This document shows positions 39,654-49,534 of a stretch of DNA of 64,000 nt, piece after piece. The stretch comes from Oxynema aestuarii AP17 (GTDB taxonomy: Bacteria > Cyanobacteriota > Cyanobacteriia > Cyanobacteriales > Laspinemataceae). The translations under genes were made by a program, and so were the position numbers. The stretch covers positions 5,749,299 through 5,813,298 of the forward strand of contig NZ_CP051167.1 of NCBI RefSeq assembly GCF_012295525.1. The letters run 5' to 3'. Numbering within the stretch: position 1 is the first letter of the stretch; every line of letters begins with the position of its first letter. The notes beneath the pieces are model-generated. The model did not search any database and had not been told where the DNA came from. It worked only from the letters and a program-made list of their open reading frames with translations.

Positions 39654-41090
39654 TTATTCGATCTCCAAGGTCCGATCTCCACCTGTTTTCAATTCCAAAA
39701 CCCCCTGCGATCGCGCAGTTTCACCCTCGAACTTATCGGAAATTAGAGCATAAAAACGCCAGGGCAAAATCAGGGCAGCAACTCCCAAACCGAGCACCCA
39801 ACCCCACCACAATCCCAAACTTCCCCAGCCCAACTTAAACGCCATCCAATAGGCAGACACCAAACCGACCCCCCAATAAGAAAACAAACCGATCGCCATC
39901 GGGATGCGGGTATCTTTTAAACCGCGTAACGCACCTGCTGCAATAACTTGAACCCCATCAAAAATTTGAAAAAATGCAGCAATTCCCAACAGCGAAATCG
40001 CCAACTCGACCACCGCACTATTTTCCGGATTATTTAAGTCGAGATAAACTCCCACAATCGATCGCGGAAATTGCCAGACACACACCGCCATAACTGCCAT
40101 AAACAAGCCGCCGATACCCATACCCACCGATCCGGCCCGTTTCGACCCTTGCCGATCTTTTCGTCCCAGTTCGTGACCGACGCGCATGGTCGTCGCGTAA
40201 GAAATACCCACGGGAACCATAAACGTAATCGAGGCCGTTTGAAGGGCAACATAATGGGCGGCGAGGGGAACCGTCCCCAGGTATCCCATTAAATAGGTGG
40301 TCACGGTAAATAAACCGGCTTCAATGGCCAGTAAAATGCCACTCGGCCATCCAATTTGGACGATTTCCCAAAATACGGGGGGATGAAAACGGCGAAGGGT
40401 TGCAAAAATTCGATACGGTTCAAACTCTGTTTTAAGCTTGAGAACGGCGACTGCGGCTAGGAAAGCAGCCCAGAAAGAAAAGGTACTCGCCCAGCCAATT
40501 CCGGCTAGCCCGAGTTCGGGAAATCCGAATTTCCCAAACATTAAAACGTAGTTGCCAATTACATTAATGGGTACGCTACCGATGACGATCGCCAGAATCA
40601 TATTGGGGCGATGAATGGCGGAATAAATATTGCGTAAAACAATAAATCCGATCGCGCCGGGAAAGCCCCAGACGATCGCGCGCAAATAGGTTTGAGCAAT
40701 GGCTACAGTCTCGGGATTTTGACCGAAGTGAACGGCGATCGCGGCAAAGTTCCAAATGACGATCGCGATCGGGATCGAAACCCCCATTCCCAGCCACAAT
40801 CCTTGTTCGGCAATTCGGCCAATTTTCTTGTATTCTTTGGCTCCATAGGCTACAGCAGCCATTGCCCCGACGGAGGATAACAGCCCGGTTCCAATTAAAA
40901 AAAGGGTGCTAAAAGAAATTGAACCTAATGCCCCAGCCGCCAAGCGTTCGCTACCCAACCATCCCATCACGATCGTATCGACAAAATTGGTCGAGGCTTG
41001 AGCGAGTTGGGCAGCCGCTAAGGGAATTGATAATTGGAGGCAGGCTTTAATTTCCGATAATATCGGTGATTTGACTGCGATTCTTTCCAT
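39654..41090 (-). CDS. MATE-family efflux transporter
   Basis: 478-aa ORF with 12 predicted TMs and a two-fold internal repeat. The N-terminus LQLSIPLAAAQLAQASTNFVDTIVMGWLG is typical of NorM/MATE. Confidence 0.85.
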   Translation of the reverse strand: MERIAVKSPILSEIKACLQLSIPLAAAQLAQASTNFVDTIVMGWLGSERLAAGALGSISFSTLFLIGTGLLSSVGAMAAVAYGAKEYKKIGRIAEQGLWLGMGVSIPIAIVIWNFAAIAVHFGQNPETVAIAQTYLRAIVWGFPGAIGFIVLRNIYSAIHRPNMILAIVIGSVPINVIGNYVLMFGKFGFPELGLAGIGWASTFSFWAAFLAAVAVLKLKTEFEPYRIFATLRRFHPPVFWEIVQIGWPSGILLAIEAGLFTVTTYLMGYLGTVPLAAHYVALQTASITFMVPVGISYATTMRVGHELGRKDRQGSKRAGSVGMGIGGLFMAVMAVCVWQFPRSIVGVYLDLNNPENSAVVELAISLLGIAAFFQIFDGVQVIAAGALRGLKDTRIPMAIGLFSYWGVGLVSAYWMAFKLGWGSLGLWWGWVLGLGVAALILPWRFYALISDKFEGETARSQGVLELKTGGDRTLEIE

Positions 41091-41432
41091 CAGATTTTGA
41101 TTCCCTGAATTGTCCGATCGCCAAGTTATCAGATCGATATTGTTTGGATTTTAGGGTAAGGTTAAATTGCTCTTAAATCGATCTTGAACTCGTCACGGCG
41201 ATCGCTCGAAATGCTATTTTAACTTTGAAATTTTACGATTCACCTCACCCGATGGGGGGATCTAATGGGGTGAAAGGATGTCAATTCTAGGGAATGGGGA
41301 ATCGGGAAGAAATCATTTTTAAGGCAAAAAAGAGAAGATACCCAAGGGTTTCTAAAAATAGCAAAACCCCCGGAGAGACAAGGCCATGCCCGATCGTCAG
41401 CGTCTCTTTATCTGTCTATACCTATCTACCTT

Positions 41433-42005
41433 TTAAGCATTATGGTTTTCTTCTCCCTCCAAGGGAAACTGGGTGTAAATATGCCACTGACGATCGCGGT
41501 GGAGGAGTAAAGTCAACTCGGAAACAGTAAATTGGGCGGCAAAAGGGAGATCGCGAAATTCGGGCCAAGCCGCTTTAAAGGCTTGCCGTTTTAAATCTTT
41601 AAACGCCACGGTCATGTGAGGGGAAAAAGCGCGTCCTCGGGCGCGATCGTCTACAATCCCTAAACGGCGTTCTAAATCAAGTGCTAACTCGGCTTGGACT
41701 TGTAAAAGTTCCGGGGTTTTTTCGACATCAATATAAATGACCCGAGGGGGAAAAGCCCCGAACCCGGAAAGGGCGATCGAGATCGGATCGTGAAATCGGG
41801 CAAATTGGCGCAACGGTTCGGTCAGGCGATCGAGATCCTCCTCAACCCATTTAAACGGGGCCTGTAAGGTGACGTGAGGGGGAGATTTGAGGGCGTGAGA
41901 ACTGCCGTAGCGATCGGCAAAATCCTGCTTGATGGCGGTGACCTCCGCTTGCAGTTCGGCGGGAGGCAAGAGCGCGATAAAGTAGAGGCGGGGAGATTTT
42001 TCCAT
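41433..42005 (-). CDS. 2'-5' RNA ligase / 2H phosphoesterase family (LigT/ThpR)
   Basis: Two H-x-(T/S)-x motifs (PHVTLQ and PHMTVA) are spaced as in LigT. The start is chosen at the internal ATG (MEKSPRLYFIALLPP). Confidence 0.8.
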   Translation of the reverse strand: MEKSPRLYFIALLPPAELQAEVTAIKQDFADRYGSSHALKSPPHVTLQAPFKWVEEDLDRLTEPLRQFARFHDPISIALSGFGAFPPRVIYIDVEKTPELLQVQAELALDLERRLGIVDDRARGRAFSPHMTVAFKDLKRQAFKAAWPEFRDLPFAAQFTVSELTLLLHRDRQWHIYTQFPLEGEENHNA

Positions 42006-42053
42006 GGAAAATGAACCGAAATTCAGCAATAACAACGAGAACCGTTAAATCAA

Positions 42054-42320
42054 ATGCCTTGGTTTGCCAAAATTGAGGAAGGAATTGTCGAAAAACCGAT
42101 TTTCGACCAATATGTAGAGGCTCACAAAGCCTACGTGCGCGATCTCAATGCCAAAGGACATCAAGCCAAAACGGGCTATTGGGCGGGCGCAGCCGGGGGA
42201 ATGTTGCTGTTTCAAGCAGCATCAATAGAGGAAGCCCGGGCCATTGTCGAAGCCGATCCCCTGGTGGTCAATCATTGCGTCAAATACGTGCTGTACGAGT
42301 GGCGCGTAGTCGTGGAATGA
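42054..42320 (+). CDS. YciI-like domain protein
   Basis: 88-aa ORF of ferredoxin-like-fold size. The YVEAHKAYVRDLNAKGHQAKTGYW...AIVEADPLVVNHCVKYVLYEW pattern resembles YCII-related proteins. Confidence 0.65.
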   Translation: MPWFAKIEEGIVEKPIFDQYVEAHKAYVRDLNAKGHQAKTGYWAGAAGGMLLFQAASIEEARAIVEADPLVVNHCVKYVLYEWRVVVE

Positions 42321-42384
42321 GGGGGTTTTGGGGATTTTTCAGCCCGAACCCTTGTTTTCTCCTTTAATAATGATATGCTAGTAA

Positions 42385-42487
42385 ACGATCCGGACCCATG
42401 CGATCGCAACGCCTAAACCTTGTCAGGCCCGGAAGGGAGCAGCAACACGGGATGCTTGCGGTAGGCGTGGACTCCGGGTCACTTTTT
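42385..42487 (+). ncRNA. ffs: Signal recognition particle RNA (4.5S, ffs) candidate
   Basis: The sequence cttgtcaggcccggaagggagcagcaacac matches the conserved SRP RNA domain IV motif (E. coli GGUCAGGUCCGGAAGGAAGCAGCC). The flanks are partly complementary (gaccc ... gggtc), and a T6 run follows at 42484..42489. It sits in an intergenic region. Confidence 0.55.
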
Positions 42488-42579
42488 TAAGAGTAGACCC
42501 CAACTTCTGGTCACTCGGCAGGTTTGCACCCTATCCTGGAATCAGTACCGTAATTGCATAACAAGGAGCAACAGTCGTT

Positions 42580-42987
42580 ATGGCTGGTTTCGGAGATGTG
42601 GTTCAAAAAGCCTTCTATCTCGGGGTGGGTTTGGCGTCCTATGCGGGAGAAAAAGCAGGAACCAAACTGACCGAGTTACAAAAACAAGCCCAGAAGTTAG
42701 CGGACGAACTGGTAGAACGCGGGGAGATGAGTACGGACGAAGCCCGCCGTTTTGTCGAAGATATGGTCAATCAGGGTCGCCAGTCGGTGAACGAGTCGGC
42801 GGGAGACGAGACACCGAAAGAACCGCGTCGCATCGAAATTCTCGAAGATGAAGAAGGCGAGACCGGGGAGACGGAAGCGCAAGCGCCGACACAAGCCGCG
42901 CCGGGTAAAGGTTCTGACAATGTAGACCAACTGCGCGATCGCGTGCGATCGCTTCAAGACGAACTGCGCCGCCTGCAAAACGAGTAG
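42580..42987 (+). CDS. Phasin-like/coiled-coil protein with an acidic tail
   Basis: 135-aa ORF. The N-terminus MAGFGDVVQKAFYLGVGLASYAGEK is followed by a helical region and an acidic low-complexity stretch. Confidence 0.4.
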   Translation: MAGFGDVVQKAFYLGVGLASYAGEKAGTKLTELQKQAQKLADELVERGEMSTDEARRFVEDMVNQGRQSVNESAGDETPKEPRRIEILEDEEGETGETEAQAPTQAAPGKGSDNVDQLRDRVRSLQDELRRLQNE

Positions 42988-43003
42988 TCTCGCCGAGGCT
43001 GTA

Positions 43004-43504
43004 GTGACATGGCAAAAGCTTATGGAAAATTGGCCGACTGATTTATTTAAACTCCTCGAAAGCGCCACCGAAGATGTCGAAGGCTTTTTTCAGGAATTAA
43101 GCGAAGAGGTCAACGAATTTTTTGACGATTTAGCGAAGATTCCCGAACAAATCACCCGGGATTTTAACGACGGCTTGGATTTAGTAGAAGAACTCGAAGA
43201 GGGATTTTTTCTCGAAATCGATCGCTTTTTCTTGGAAGTCTTCGATCCGACCCTCGCCGAGGAATTAAACCGATTCGATTTAGAAGACCTATTCTACGAT
43301 CTAGATCGGTCCGTCGATGAAAACTCTCCAGACCCCCCCCAGCCGTTCGTGACTTACGTCCGACCCACCCAAGGGCGACATCCGGCTTGTGTAGGATGTT
43401 ACCACTATCACGGTCACGTTTACGGCGGCAATTTGCTCGTATGCGGGATGCATCCTTACGGTTGGGACGGAGAAAGCTGTCCCGACTGGGAATCGGAAGT
43501 TTAG
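43004..43504 (+). CDS. Hypothetical acidic protein with a C-terminal Cys/His-rich motif
   Basis: 166-aa ORF with a GTG start; an alternative ATG lies at 43022. The C-terminus is HPACVGCYHYHGHVYGGNLLVCGMHPYGWDGESCPDWE, a putative metal-binding motif. Confidence 0.45.
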   Translation: MTWQKLMENWPTDLFKLLESATEDVEGFFQELSEEVNEFFDDLAKIPEQITRDFNDGLDLVEELEEGFFLEIDRFFLEVFDPTLAEELNRFDLEDLFYDLDRSVDENSPDPPQPFVTYVRPTQGRHPACVGCYHYHGHVYGGNLLVCGMHPYGWDGESCPDWESEV

Positions 43505-43585
43505 CGAAGTCGGCGCCAACAGTCGCGCCGCTTCCCTCGTCAACGGTTCGGAGTCGGGTGTTGTACGAATTCACGACGATCGCCT

Positions 43586-46459
43586 ATGAATAAAGCTACA
43601 ACAACACGACGGCGAACCTCTACGGGTCTGCAGAGAACGGTTTTGTTCGCAACGATCGCCTGTTCCCTGTTCTCTTCGGGTACGATCGAACGACAGGCGA
43701 TCGCTCAAATCGTACCCGATGCGACCTTACCCGATCGCTCCACGGTCACCGTCGAAGGAAATACGATACAGATTACCGGAGGAACGGCGCGATCGCGCAA
43801 TTTATTCCACAGTTTTGAAAGCTTCTCGATCCCTACCGGAACAACCGCCACCTTCGACAACCCCCGGACGATCGAAAATATCTTTTCGCGGGTGACCGGA
43901 AGCGACCTGAGTAACATCGACGGTCTCCTCCAAGCCAACGGCGGCGCCAACCTCTTCTTAATCAACCCCAACGGCATCGTTTTCGGGCCGAATGCCTCCT
44001 TAAATGTAGGCGGTTCCTTTGTTGCAACCAGTGCGGACGCGGTCTTATTCGACGACGGCAGCCGTTTTAGCGCGATCGCCCCTCAAACCGACACCCTGCT
44101 CACCGTTAGCGTTCCCGTCGGCTTGCAATTGGGCGACAATCCCGGGGCGATCGCCATCAACGGAATCGGACTCGGGCGCAGTTTTGCCACCCCAGATTTC
44201 GACGGAAGCGAAACGGCGACCCAGAACGTCGAAACCGCGCGCCAAGAAATCGCCTTTCAACTGAGTATTCTCGCCCGCGAGGACGGGTTGGGGGTTCGAC
44301 CCGATCGCACCTTAGCCCTCGTTGGCGGTCCGATTGTCTTAGACGGGGCCTTATTAAAAGCCCCCCAAGGTCGAATCGAGTTGTGGTCCGGTCGCAACGG
44401 ACAACTGAGAACGACGGGAGAACGAGGAGAATTCGGGTTTGAAGAAACCTCCCCCTTCTCCTCATTTCAAGATATCTCCATCACCAACGAATCCGGCTTA
44501 TTCACCGGGTTGGGCGGCGATGGCGGCGTCCGCGTACACGGGCGCAATCTCACCATTACCGGAGGATCGGAAATTCGTTCCGACAGTCTCGGCGAAGAAG
44601 ATGGGGGCGAAATCGCCCTAGAAGCGTCGGAAGTCGTCGAAATTAGCGGGATTTCCAGAGATGGCACCTCTCGCACGATCGTCGGATCCGGCGCCTTCGG
44701 TAATGGCGATGCGGGTAGCGTCGAAGTGCGTGGGACCCAATTAAACGTGTTGGACGGCGGCTGGATTACCGTGGGAACCGTCAGCGACGGCGAAGCGGGA
44801 ACGATCGCGATCGCCACCTCAGAATCGGTAGAATTAAGCGGCATTCCCATAAATGGCCAATTCGCCAGCATCCTCGACGCTTCCACCCTCGGAGTCGGTA
44901 ACGCCAGCAATGTCGATATTACCACCCGGCGCCTGACGATGCGCGACGGCGCCCAAGTGCGCGTTCGAACCTTCGGCCCGGGACGGGGAGGCAACTTGAC
45001 CATCCGCGCCTCAGAATCGGTGCAGTTGAGCGGAACCGACCCCCAAACCGGAACATCGACCCAAATCGAGGCGACCGCTTACAGCAGTGGCGAGGCGGGG
45101 GAAATCGAGATCGTCACCCCCCTACTCAGTTTGAGCGACGGCGCCCAAATCGAAGCCGCCAGCAACGGGACGGGAAAGGGCGGCAGACTGGAGATCGAGG
45201 GGGCCGAGTTAGTAGATATTGCCGGAGTCAGTGCGGATGGGGAACGCAGTTTGCTGACGACGAAAGGGTTCGGGTCGGGAGACGCGGGGGACGTGACCGT
45301 GAGAACCCGCCGTTTGATCGTGCGCGATGGCGGCGAAATCGGGACGAGTACCTCGGTGGACGGGGTCGGCGGGTTGATGTTGTTGGAGGCGTCGGAGGCG
45401 ATCGAGTTTAGAGGGACCTCGCCGGATGGCAGTTTGCCGACCTTAATCACCGCCGATACCGACGGGGCGGGGAATGCGGGGAACGTGACGATCGCCACTC
45501 CCCGCTTGAGGGTGGGCGACGGGGCGATCGTGCTCTTGGGAACCTCTGGGGAAGGGAATGCGGGCCGTTTGCGCTTAGAGGCGACGGAAAGCGTCGAAAT
45601 CGTCGGGAATGCTCAAATTGACGCGCGCACCCTCGGATCGGGCAATGGCGGGGGCATCGCGATCGCCACGGACCGCCTCCAGGTGGCCGACGGATCCCGG
45701 ATCGGCGTCAACGGGGAAGGGACGGGAACCCCAGGCAATATTGAGATTGCGGCGTCGGACGTGCAACTCGATCGCGGCGCCTTGCAAGCGTCATCGGCGA
45801 TCGGAAAAGGGGGTAATATTGACCTGCGATCGCCCGATATTCTCTTACGCAATCGCAGCGAAATTGTCGCCGCAGGCAGTCAAACCGGGAATATTACGCA
45901 GGAAGGCAATATCACGATCGCCGCCGAAACCCTGGTATTGCTCGAAGCCAGCCAGATCGTCACCAGCGCCACGGACCCTCAAGGAGGCAGCAATATCGCC
46001 ATTAGCGCCATCCGAGGAGACGAGTTATTAGTTCTACTCTCTCCCGACAGTATTATCAATGCCCGAGGGCAGTTAAATATTGACGGCGATATCGATATCG
46101 AACCCGCCAATCTGCCCGAAGTCGAGGTCGCCGACCCGGATGCGGCGATCGCGCGCAGCCCCTGCAATCCCGAACAACTCGCCGAAAGTAGCTTTGCCAT
46201 TCGCGGACGCGGCGGCTTACCCGTCAATCCCGGTCAACCCCTCAGCCGCGACGGGGTGTCGGTGGAGTTGGTCGAACCCATCTGGGAGACCCGGGAGACG
46301 CCCTCGGCGGCCAACTCATCCCGCGATCGCCCTTCGGATCCTTTAATCGAGGCGCGCGGCTTCGATCGCACTGCCGACGGCCAAATCTTGCTGACGGCGG
46401 CGCGATCGTCCGGTGCCAGTTCGCCGCCTCACATCATGGACTTATGTTCTCCCGAGTAA
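43586..46459 (+). CDS. Two-partner-secretion (TpsA) exoprotein with an N-terminal filamentous-haemagglutinin TPS domain and a long beta-helical repeat region
   Basis: 957-aa ORF with a signal peptide. The TPS domain motifs are NLFHSFESFSIP, GLLQANGGANLFLINPNGIVFG and VGGSFVATSAD. Downstream there are many degenerate ~20-aa beta-helix repeats (..GDAGxVxV..L.v.dGa.I..). Confidence 0.85.
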   Translation: MNKATTTRRRTSTGLQRTVLFATIACSLFSSGTIERQAIAQIVPDATLPDRSTVTVEGNTIQITGGTARSRNLFHSFESFSIPTGTTATFDNPRTIENIFSRVTGSDLSNIDGLLQANGGANLFLINPNGIVFGPNASLNVGGSFVATSADAVLFDDGSRFSAIAPQTDTLLTVSVPVGLQLGDNPGAIAINGIGLGRSFATPDFDGSETATQNVETARQEIAFQLSILAREDGLGVRPDRTLALVGGPIVLDGALLKAPQGRIELWSGRNGQLRTTGERGEFGFEETSPFSSFQDISITNESGLFTGLGGDGGVRVHGRNLTITGGSEIRSDSLGEEDGGEIALEASEVVEISGISRDGTSRTIVGSGAFGNGDAGSVEVRGTQLNVLDGGWITVGTVSDGEAGTIAIATSESVELSGIPINGQFASILDASTLGVGNASNVDITTRRLTMRDGAQVRVRTFGPGRGGNLTIRASESVQLSGTDPQTGTSTQIEATAYSSGEAGEIEIVTPLLSLSDGAQIEAASNGTGKGGRLEIEGAELVDIAGVSADGERSLLTTKGFGSGDAGDVTVRTRRLIVRDGGEIGTSTSVDGVGGLMLLEASEAIEFRGTSPDGSLPTLITADTDGAGNAGNVTIATPRLRVGDGAIVLLGTSGEGNAGRLRLEATESVEIVGNAQIDARTLGSGNGGGIAIATDRLQVADGSRIGVNGEGTGTPGNIEIAASDVQLDRGALQASSAIGKGGNIDLRSPDILLRNRSEIVAAGSQTGNITQEGNITIAAETLVLLEASQIVTSATDPQGGSNIAISAIRGDELLVLLSPDSIINARGQLNIDGDIDIEPANLPEVEVADPDAAIARSPCNPEQLAESSFAIRGRGGLPVNPGQPLSRDGVSVELVEPIWETRETPSAANSSRDRPSDPLIEARGFDRTADGQILLTAARSSGASSPPHIMDLCSPE

Positions 46460-46488
46460 AATATAAATAAGGGGCTTTTTGTATATCT

Positions 46489-47427
46489 CTATCCCTGGGG
46501 ACGCGACCCGATCGCGGCGATCGCCACTCCAAATAATAAAACGATCGCTCCAATTAAAACCGAGATCCCGGGAACTTCATTAAAAACGAGAAAGCCCAAA
46601 AAACTCGATGCAACGGGTTCAAATAAAACCGCCAACGCCACCAAAGTCGGCGACGTCCAACGAACGGCCCAATTTAAGCTCGTATGACCGATCATTTGAG
46701 GAATCAAAGCCATCAGAAGAATATAAAAATAAACTTCCGTGGGATAGCCGAAATATGAAGTTTGAAAAACAAACGGCATCGGGAGTAAAACCAGCGCCGC
46801 ACAAGTACAAACGATCGCGCTGTACGGACCAATTCCCATCCCCCGACTTTGCACCGACTTCGCCAGCAATAAATAGATACTAATCGTCCAAGATCCTAAC
46901 AACGCGAGCAGATCTCCCAAAATTGGGTTACTTCCGCCGTACAACCCGCCACTATCTCCCAATCCGATCGCCATTCCCCCCATTAAGGCGATCGCGATTC
47001 CGGTGACCGTCATTTTCGTGGGTTTGTCTTTGTAAATCCACCAAGACAGCAAGGAAACCCAAATCGGATTCATGGTGACGATCGTCGTCGAAGCGGCGAT
47101 CGAAGTATAAGAAAGCGACGCGATCCACCCGGCGAAATGGAGCGCTAAAAACACGCCAGCGAGGGCAGCTTGGGCGATCGTCACTTTTTCGAGACGCGCG
47201 GGTTTGAAGTTGCGCCACGCGGGAGCCAACAAAAGTGAGGCAATTGTGAGGCGAGTGGCGGCCATCACCAAACTAAAGCCAATCCCTCGGGTTCCCGCAG
47301 CTTCCAGGGTCAAGCGGATAAAAATGGCGGCAGTGGAGACCGCTAAAACCCCAACCGCGATCGTCAGATTGAGCTGCCACGCCAGGGGATGTTTTACAGG
47401 AGAGTCCAGAGTATGTTTGACAGTCAT
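46489..47427 (-). CDS. EamA/DMT-family transporter
   Basis: 312-aa ORF with 10 TMs and two EamA-like halves. Confidence 0.8.
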   Translation of the reverse strand: MTVKHTLDSPVKHPLAWQLNLTIAVGVLAVSTAAIFIRLTLEAAGTRGIGFSLVMAATRLTIASLLLAPAWRNFKPARLEKVTIAQAALAGVFLALHFAGWIASLSYTSIAASTTIVTMNPIWVSLLSWWIYKDKPTKMTVTGIAIALMGGMAIGLGDSGGLYGGSNPILGDLLALLGSWTISIYLLLAKSVQSRGMGIGPYSAIVCTCAALVLLPMPFVFQTSYFGYPTEVYFYILLMALIPQMIGHTSLNWAVRWTSPTLVALAVLFEPVASSFLGFLVFNEVPGISVLIGAIVLLFGVAIAAIGSRPQG

Positions 47428-47533
47428 TGGGGATCTTCTGGGGTAAAATCTAGGGGGAATTTACCACAGATAAAACTAAATCGCTGTCAGGAAAAGAGCA
47501 TAGAGCAGTTTTCGCTGTTCGGCAGTACATTTC

Positions 47534-47642
47534 GATCCCCCTAAATCCCCCTTAAAAAGGGGGACTTTCACTGCCCCCCTTTTTAAAGGGGGGTTGGGGG
47601 GATCTTTGCCTCTTGTACCTCATGACAGCGCGAATTGCTGTA
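47534..47642 (-). mobile_element. MITE-like small dispersed repeat, copy B (inverted relative to copy A)
   Basis: The reverse complement of cgatccccctaaatcccccttaaaaagggggactttcactgcccccctttttaaaggggggttggggggatctttgcctcttgtacctcatgacagcgcgaattgctgta aligns with copy A at >90% identity by eye. Confidence 0.7.
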
Positions 47643-47761
47643 GAGGGTTAAGAACCTCGCCGATCGCCGCCACCCTTAAAATCAATCAAAATTGACTGAG
47701 TGAAGGCGATCGCCGAGAACGGCAAAAACTGCCCCCTTTTGCTAATCGTAATTCGATCGAA

Positions 47762-48652
47762 ATGACCGAAGTCAAATCACAGGTTCGTAAAGCTGTCATT
47801 CCGGCGGGTGGATTTGGAACCCGACTGTTTCCGGCGACCAAAGCGATCGCCAAAGAATTATTTCCGATCGTCGATCGCGACGGGATCGCCAAACCGATTA
47901 TATTAGCGATCGCCGAAGAAGCCATCAGTGCCGGAATCGAACAAATTGCGATCGTCACCCGCGAGAGCGATCGCGCCCAATTTGAAGACTTTTTTAAAAC
48001 GCCACTTTCCGAAGCCTTTGCCAATAAAATCAAACCCCATCAAAAAGAATACGTCCGTTATTTAGAAACCGTCGGCGAACGGATTAATATATTGACCCAA
48101 CCCGTACAAGACGGCTTCGGTCACGCCGTTTGTTGCGCTAAAGATTGGGTTGGCAAAGAACCTTTTTTATTAATGTTAGGCGACCATATTTATCGTTCGA
48201 CGCGGGAAATCTCTTGCGCGCGTCAACTGGTTGAAGTCTACGAACGAGTCGGAAAAAGTGCGATCGGGCTGACCGTGACTCCCGCCGAGGAGCTGTATCA
48301 TTGCGGCTGTGTCGCGGGGACTTGGCAGCCGGAAACAGGGCTGATAAACTTAAGCGAAGTAGCCGAAAAGCCGGATTTGAATTACGCGCGATCGCATCTG
48401 CGGGTCGAGGGCTTGGCGGAGAATGATTTTTTAACCGTTTTTGGGCTGTATTTGTTAACGCCCAAAATCTTCGAGATTCTCGAACAAAACATCCGAGACG
48501 GACGGCGCGATCGCGGCGAAATCCAACTCACGACAGCCTTAGAACAGTTGCGTCAGTTGGAAGGAATGTATGGCTGTTGTTTGCAAGGAAAATGTTTCGA
48601 TACGGGGGTTCCTCTTTCCTACTGGCAAAGCGTGCGTGACTTTCGATTGTAG
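47762..48652 (+). CDS. galU: UTP--glucose-1-phosphate uridylyltransferase
   Basis: 296-aa ORF. The N-terminus KAVIPAGGFGTRLFPATKAIAKELFPIVDRDG is the GalU signature. Confidence 0.8.
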   Translation: MTEVKSQVRKAVIPAGGFGTRLFPATKAIAKELFPIVDRDGIAKPIILAIAEEAISAGIEQIAIVTRESDRAQFEDFFKTPLSEAFANKIKPHQKEYVRYLETVGERINILTQPVQDGFGHAVCCAKDWVGKEPFLLMLGDHIYRSTREISCARQLVEVYERVGKSAIGLTVTPAEELYHCGCVAGTWQPETGLINLSEVAEKPDLNYARSHLRVEGLAENDFLTVFGLYLLTPKIFEILEQNIRDGRRDRGEIQLTTALEQLRQLEGMYGCCLQGKCFDTGVPLSYWQSVRDFRL

Positions 48653-48818
48653 ACTCCCCGAGGGTGCGATCGCGATGCCGTGCGGCCTCCTCATTCCCCA
48701 AGCAGCGCTTTTAAAAGCCCCAGTCGCCCTTGGGGTCGCCCTCAAACGTGGAGGAACGCGAACAATCGCATTTGAGGGCATCAGGATTGAGAAATGATGT
48801 CAATCCGAGGGGGGTCAA

Positions 48819-49202
48819 TTAACCCGCGTTGGTATTGAGTAACTGTTTGACCGTTCCCACTAAATCGGACGGATGAAAAGGCTTGGTAATGTAAGCATCA
48901 GCCCCTTGTTTCATCCCCCAATAGCGATCGAATTCTTCACTTTTACTCGAACACATTAAAATCGGGATATTTTGACCTTGGGGCTGGCGTCTGAGCCATC
49001 GGCAGAGGTCGTAGCCGTTCATGCGAGGCATGATAATGTCCATGACAACGAGATCGGGAAGTTTCCCTTGCAATTTTTCTTGAGCTTCCACACCATCGCG
49101 GGCCTCGATCACGTCGAGGCCAATTTTTTTGAGAAGTCCGGCAACCATTTCTCTAGCGGTTGCGCTGTCGTCTACAATCAGAACGGTACTCATCTGCATC
49201 AT
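48819..49202 (-). CDS. Single-domain CheY-like response regulator
   Basis: 127-aa ORF. The receiver motifs are VLIVDDS, the phospho-acceptor context DLVVMDIIMP, and a conserved K in KPF. Confidence 0.85.
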   Translation of the reverse strand: MMQMSTVLIVDDSATAREMVAGLLKKIGLDVIEARDGVEAQEKLQGKLPDLVVMDIIMPRMNGYDLCRWLRRQPQGQNIPILMCSSKSEEFDRYWGMKQGADAYITKPFHPSDLVGTVKQLLNTNAG

Positions 49203-49534
49203 TCCTGGTTCTGGGGTGAAAAGAGTCCTCCGGTCGGTTAGCCGATTGCTAATTTAAACATACCCTTGTTAGCCCAAAAAACGATCTGGGTGTCCTGCCC
49301 TTCGAGAGGCAGGCAGGGGAGGACATCTTAATTTTAATCGTATTGGTGACAAACATTAGTCGTTCGCAACGGATCGGAACAAACGGCGGCGAACGCCCCT
49401 CGGACGGCTCGTTCGACTGGGGAATCGAGTTCGGTCAGGGCTCGTTGCTGCTGTAAGTTCCAGCCTCAAATGCAGGTGGAGTCAAGGGGAGACAAGGGAT
49501 TGAGGGCGTAGGCGATCGCCTGATTCGGGTCGAT

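Noticed and set aside
44467-45498. Minus-strand ORFs of 178 aa and 139 aa
   Set aside because: Antisense to the TPS exoprotein gene. Pro/Ser-rich low-complexity artefacts.
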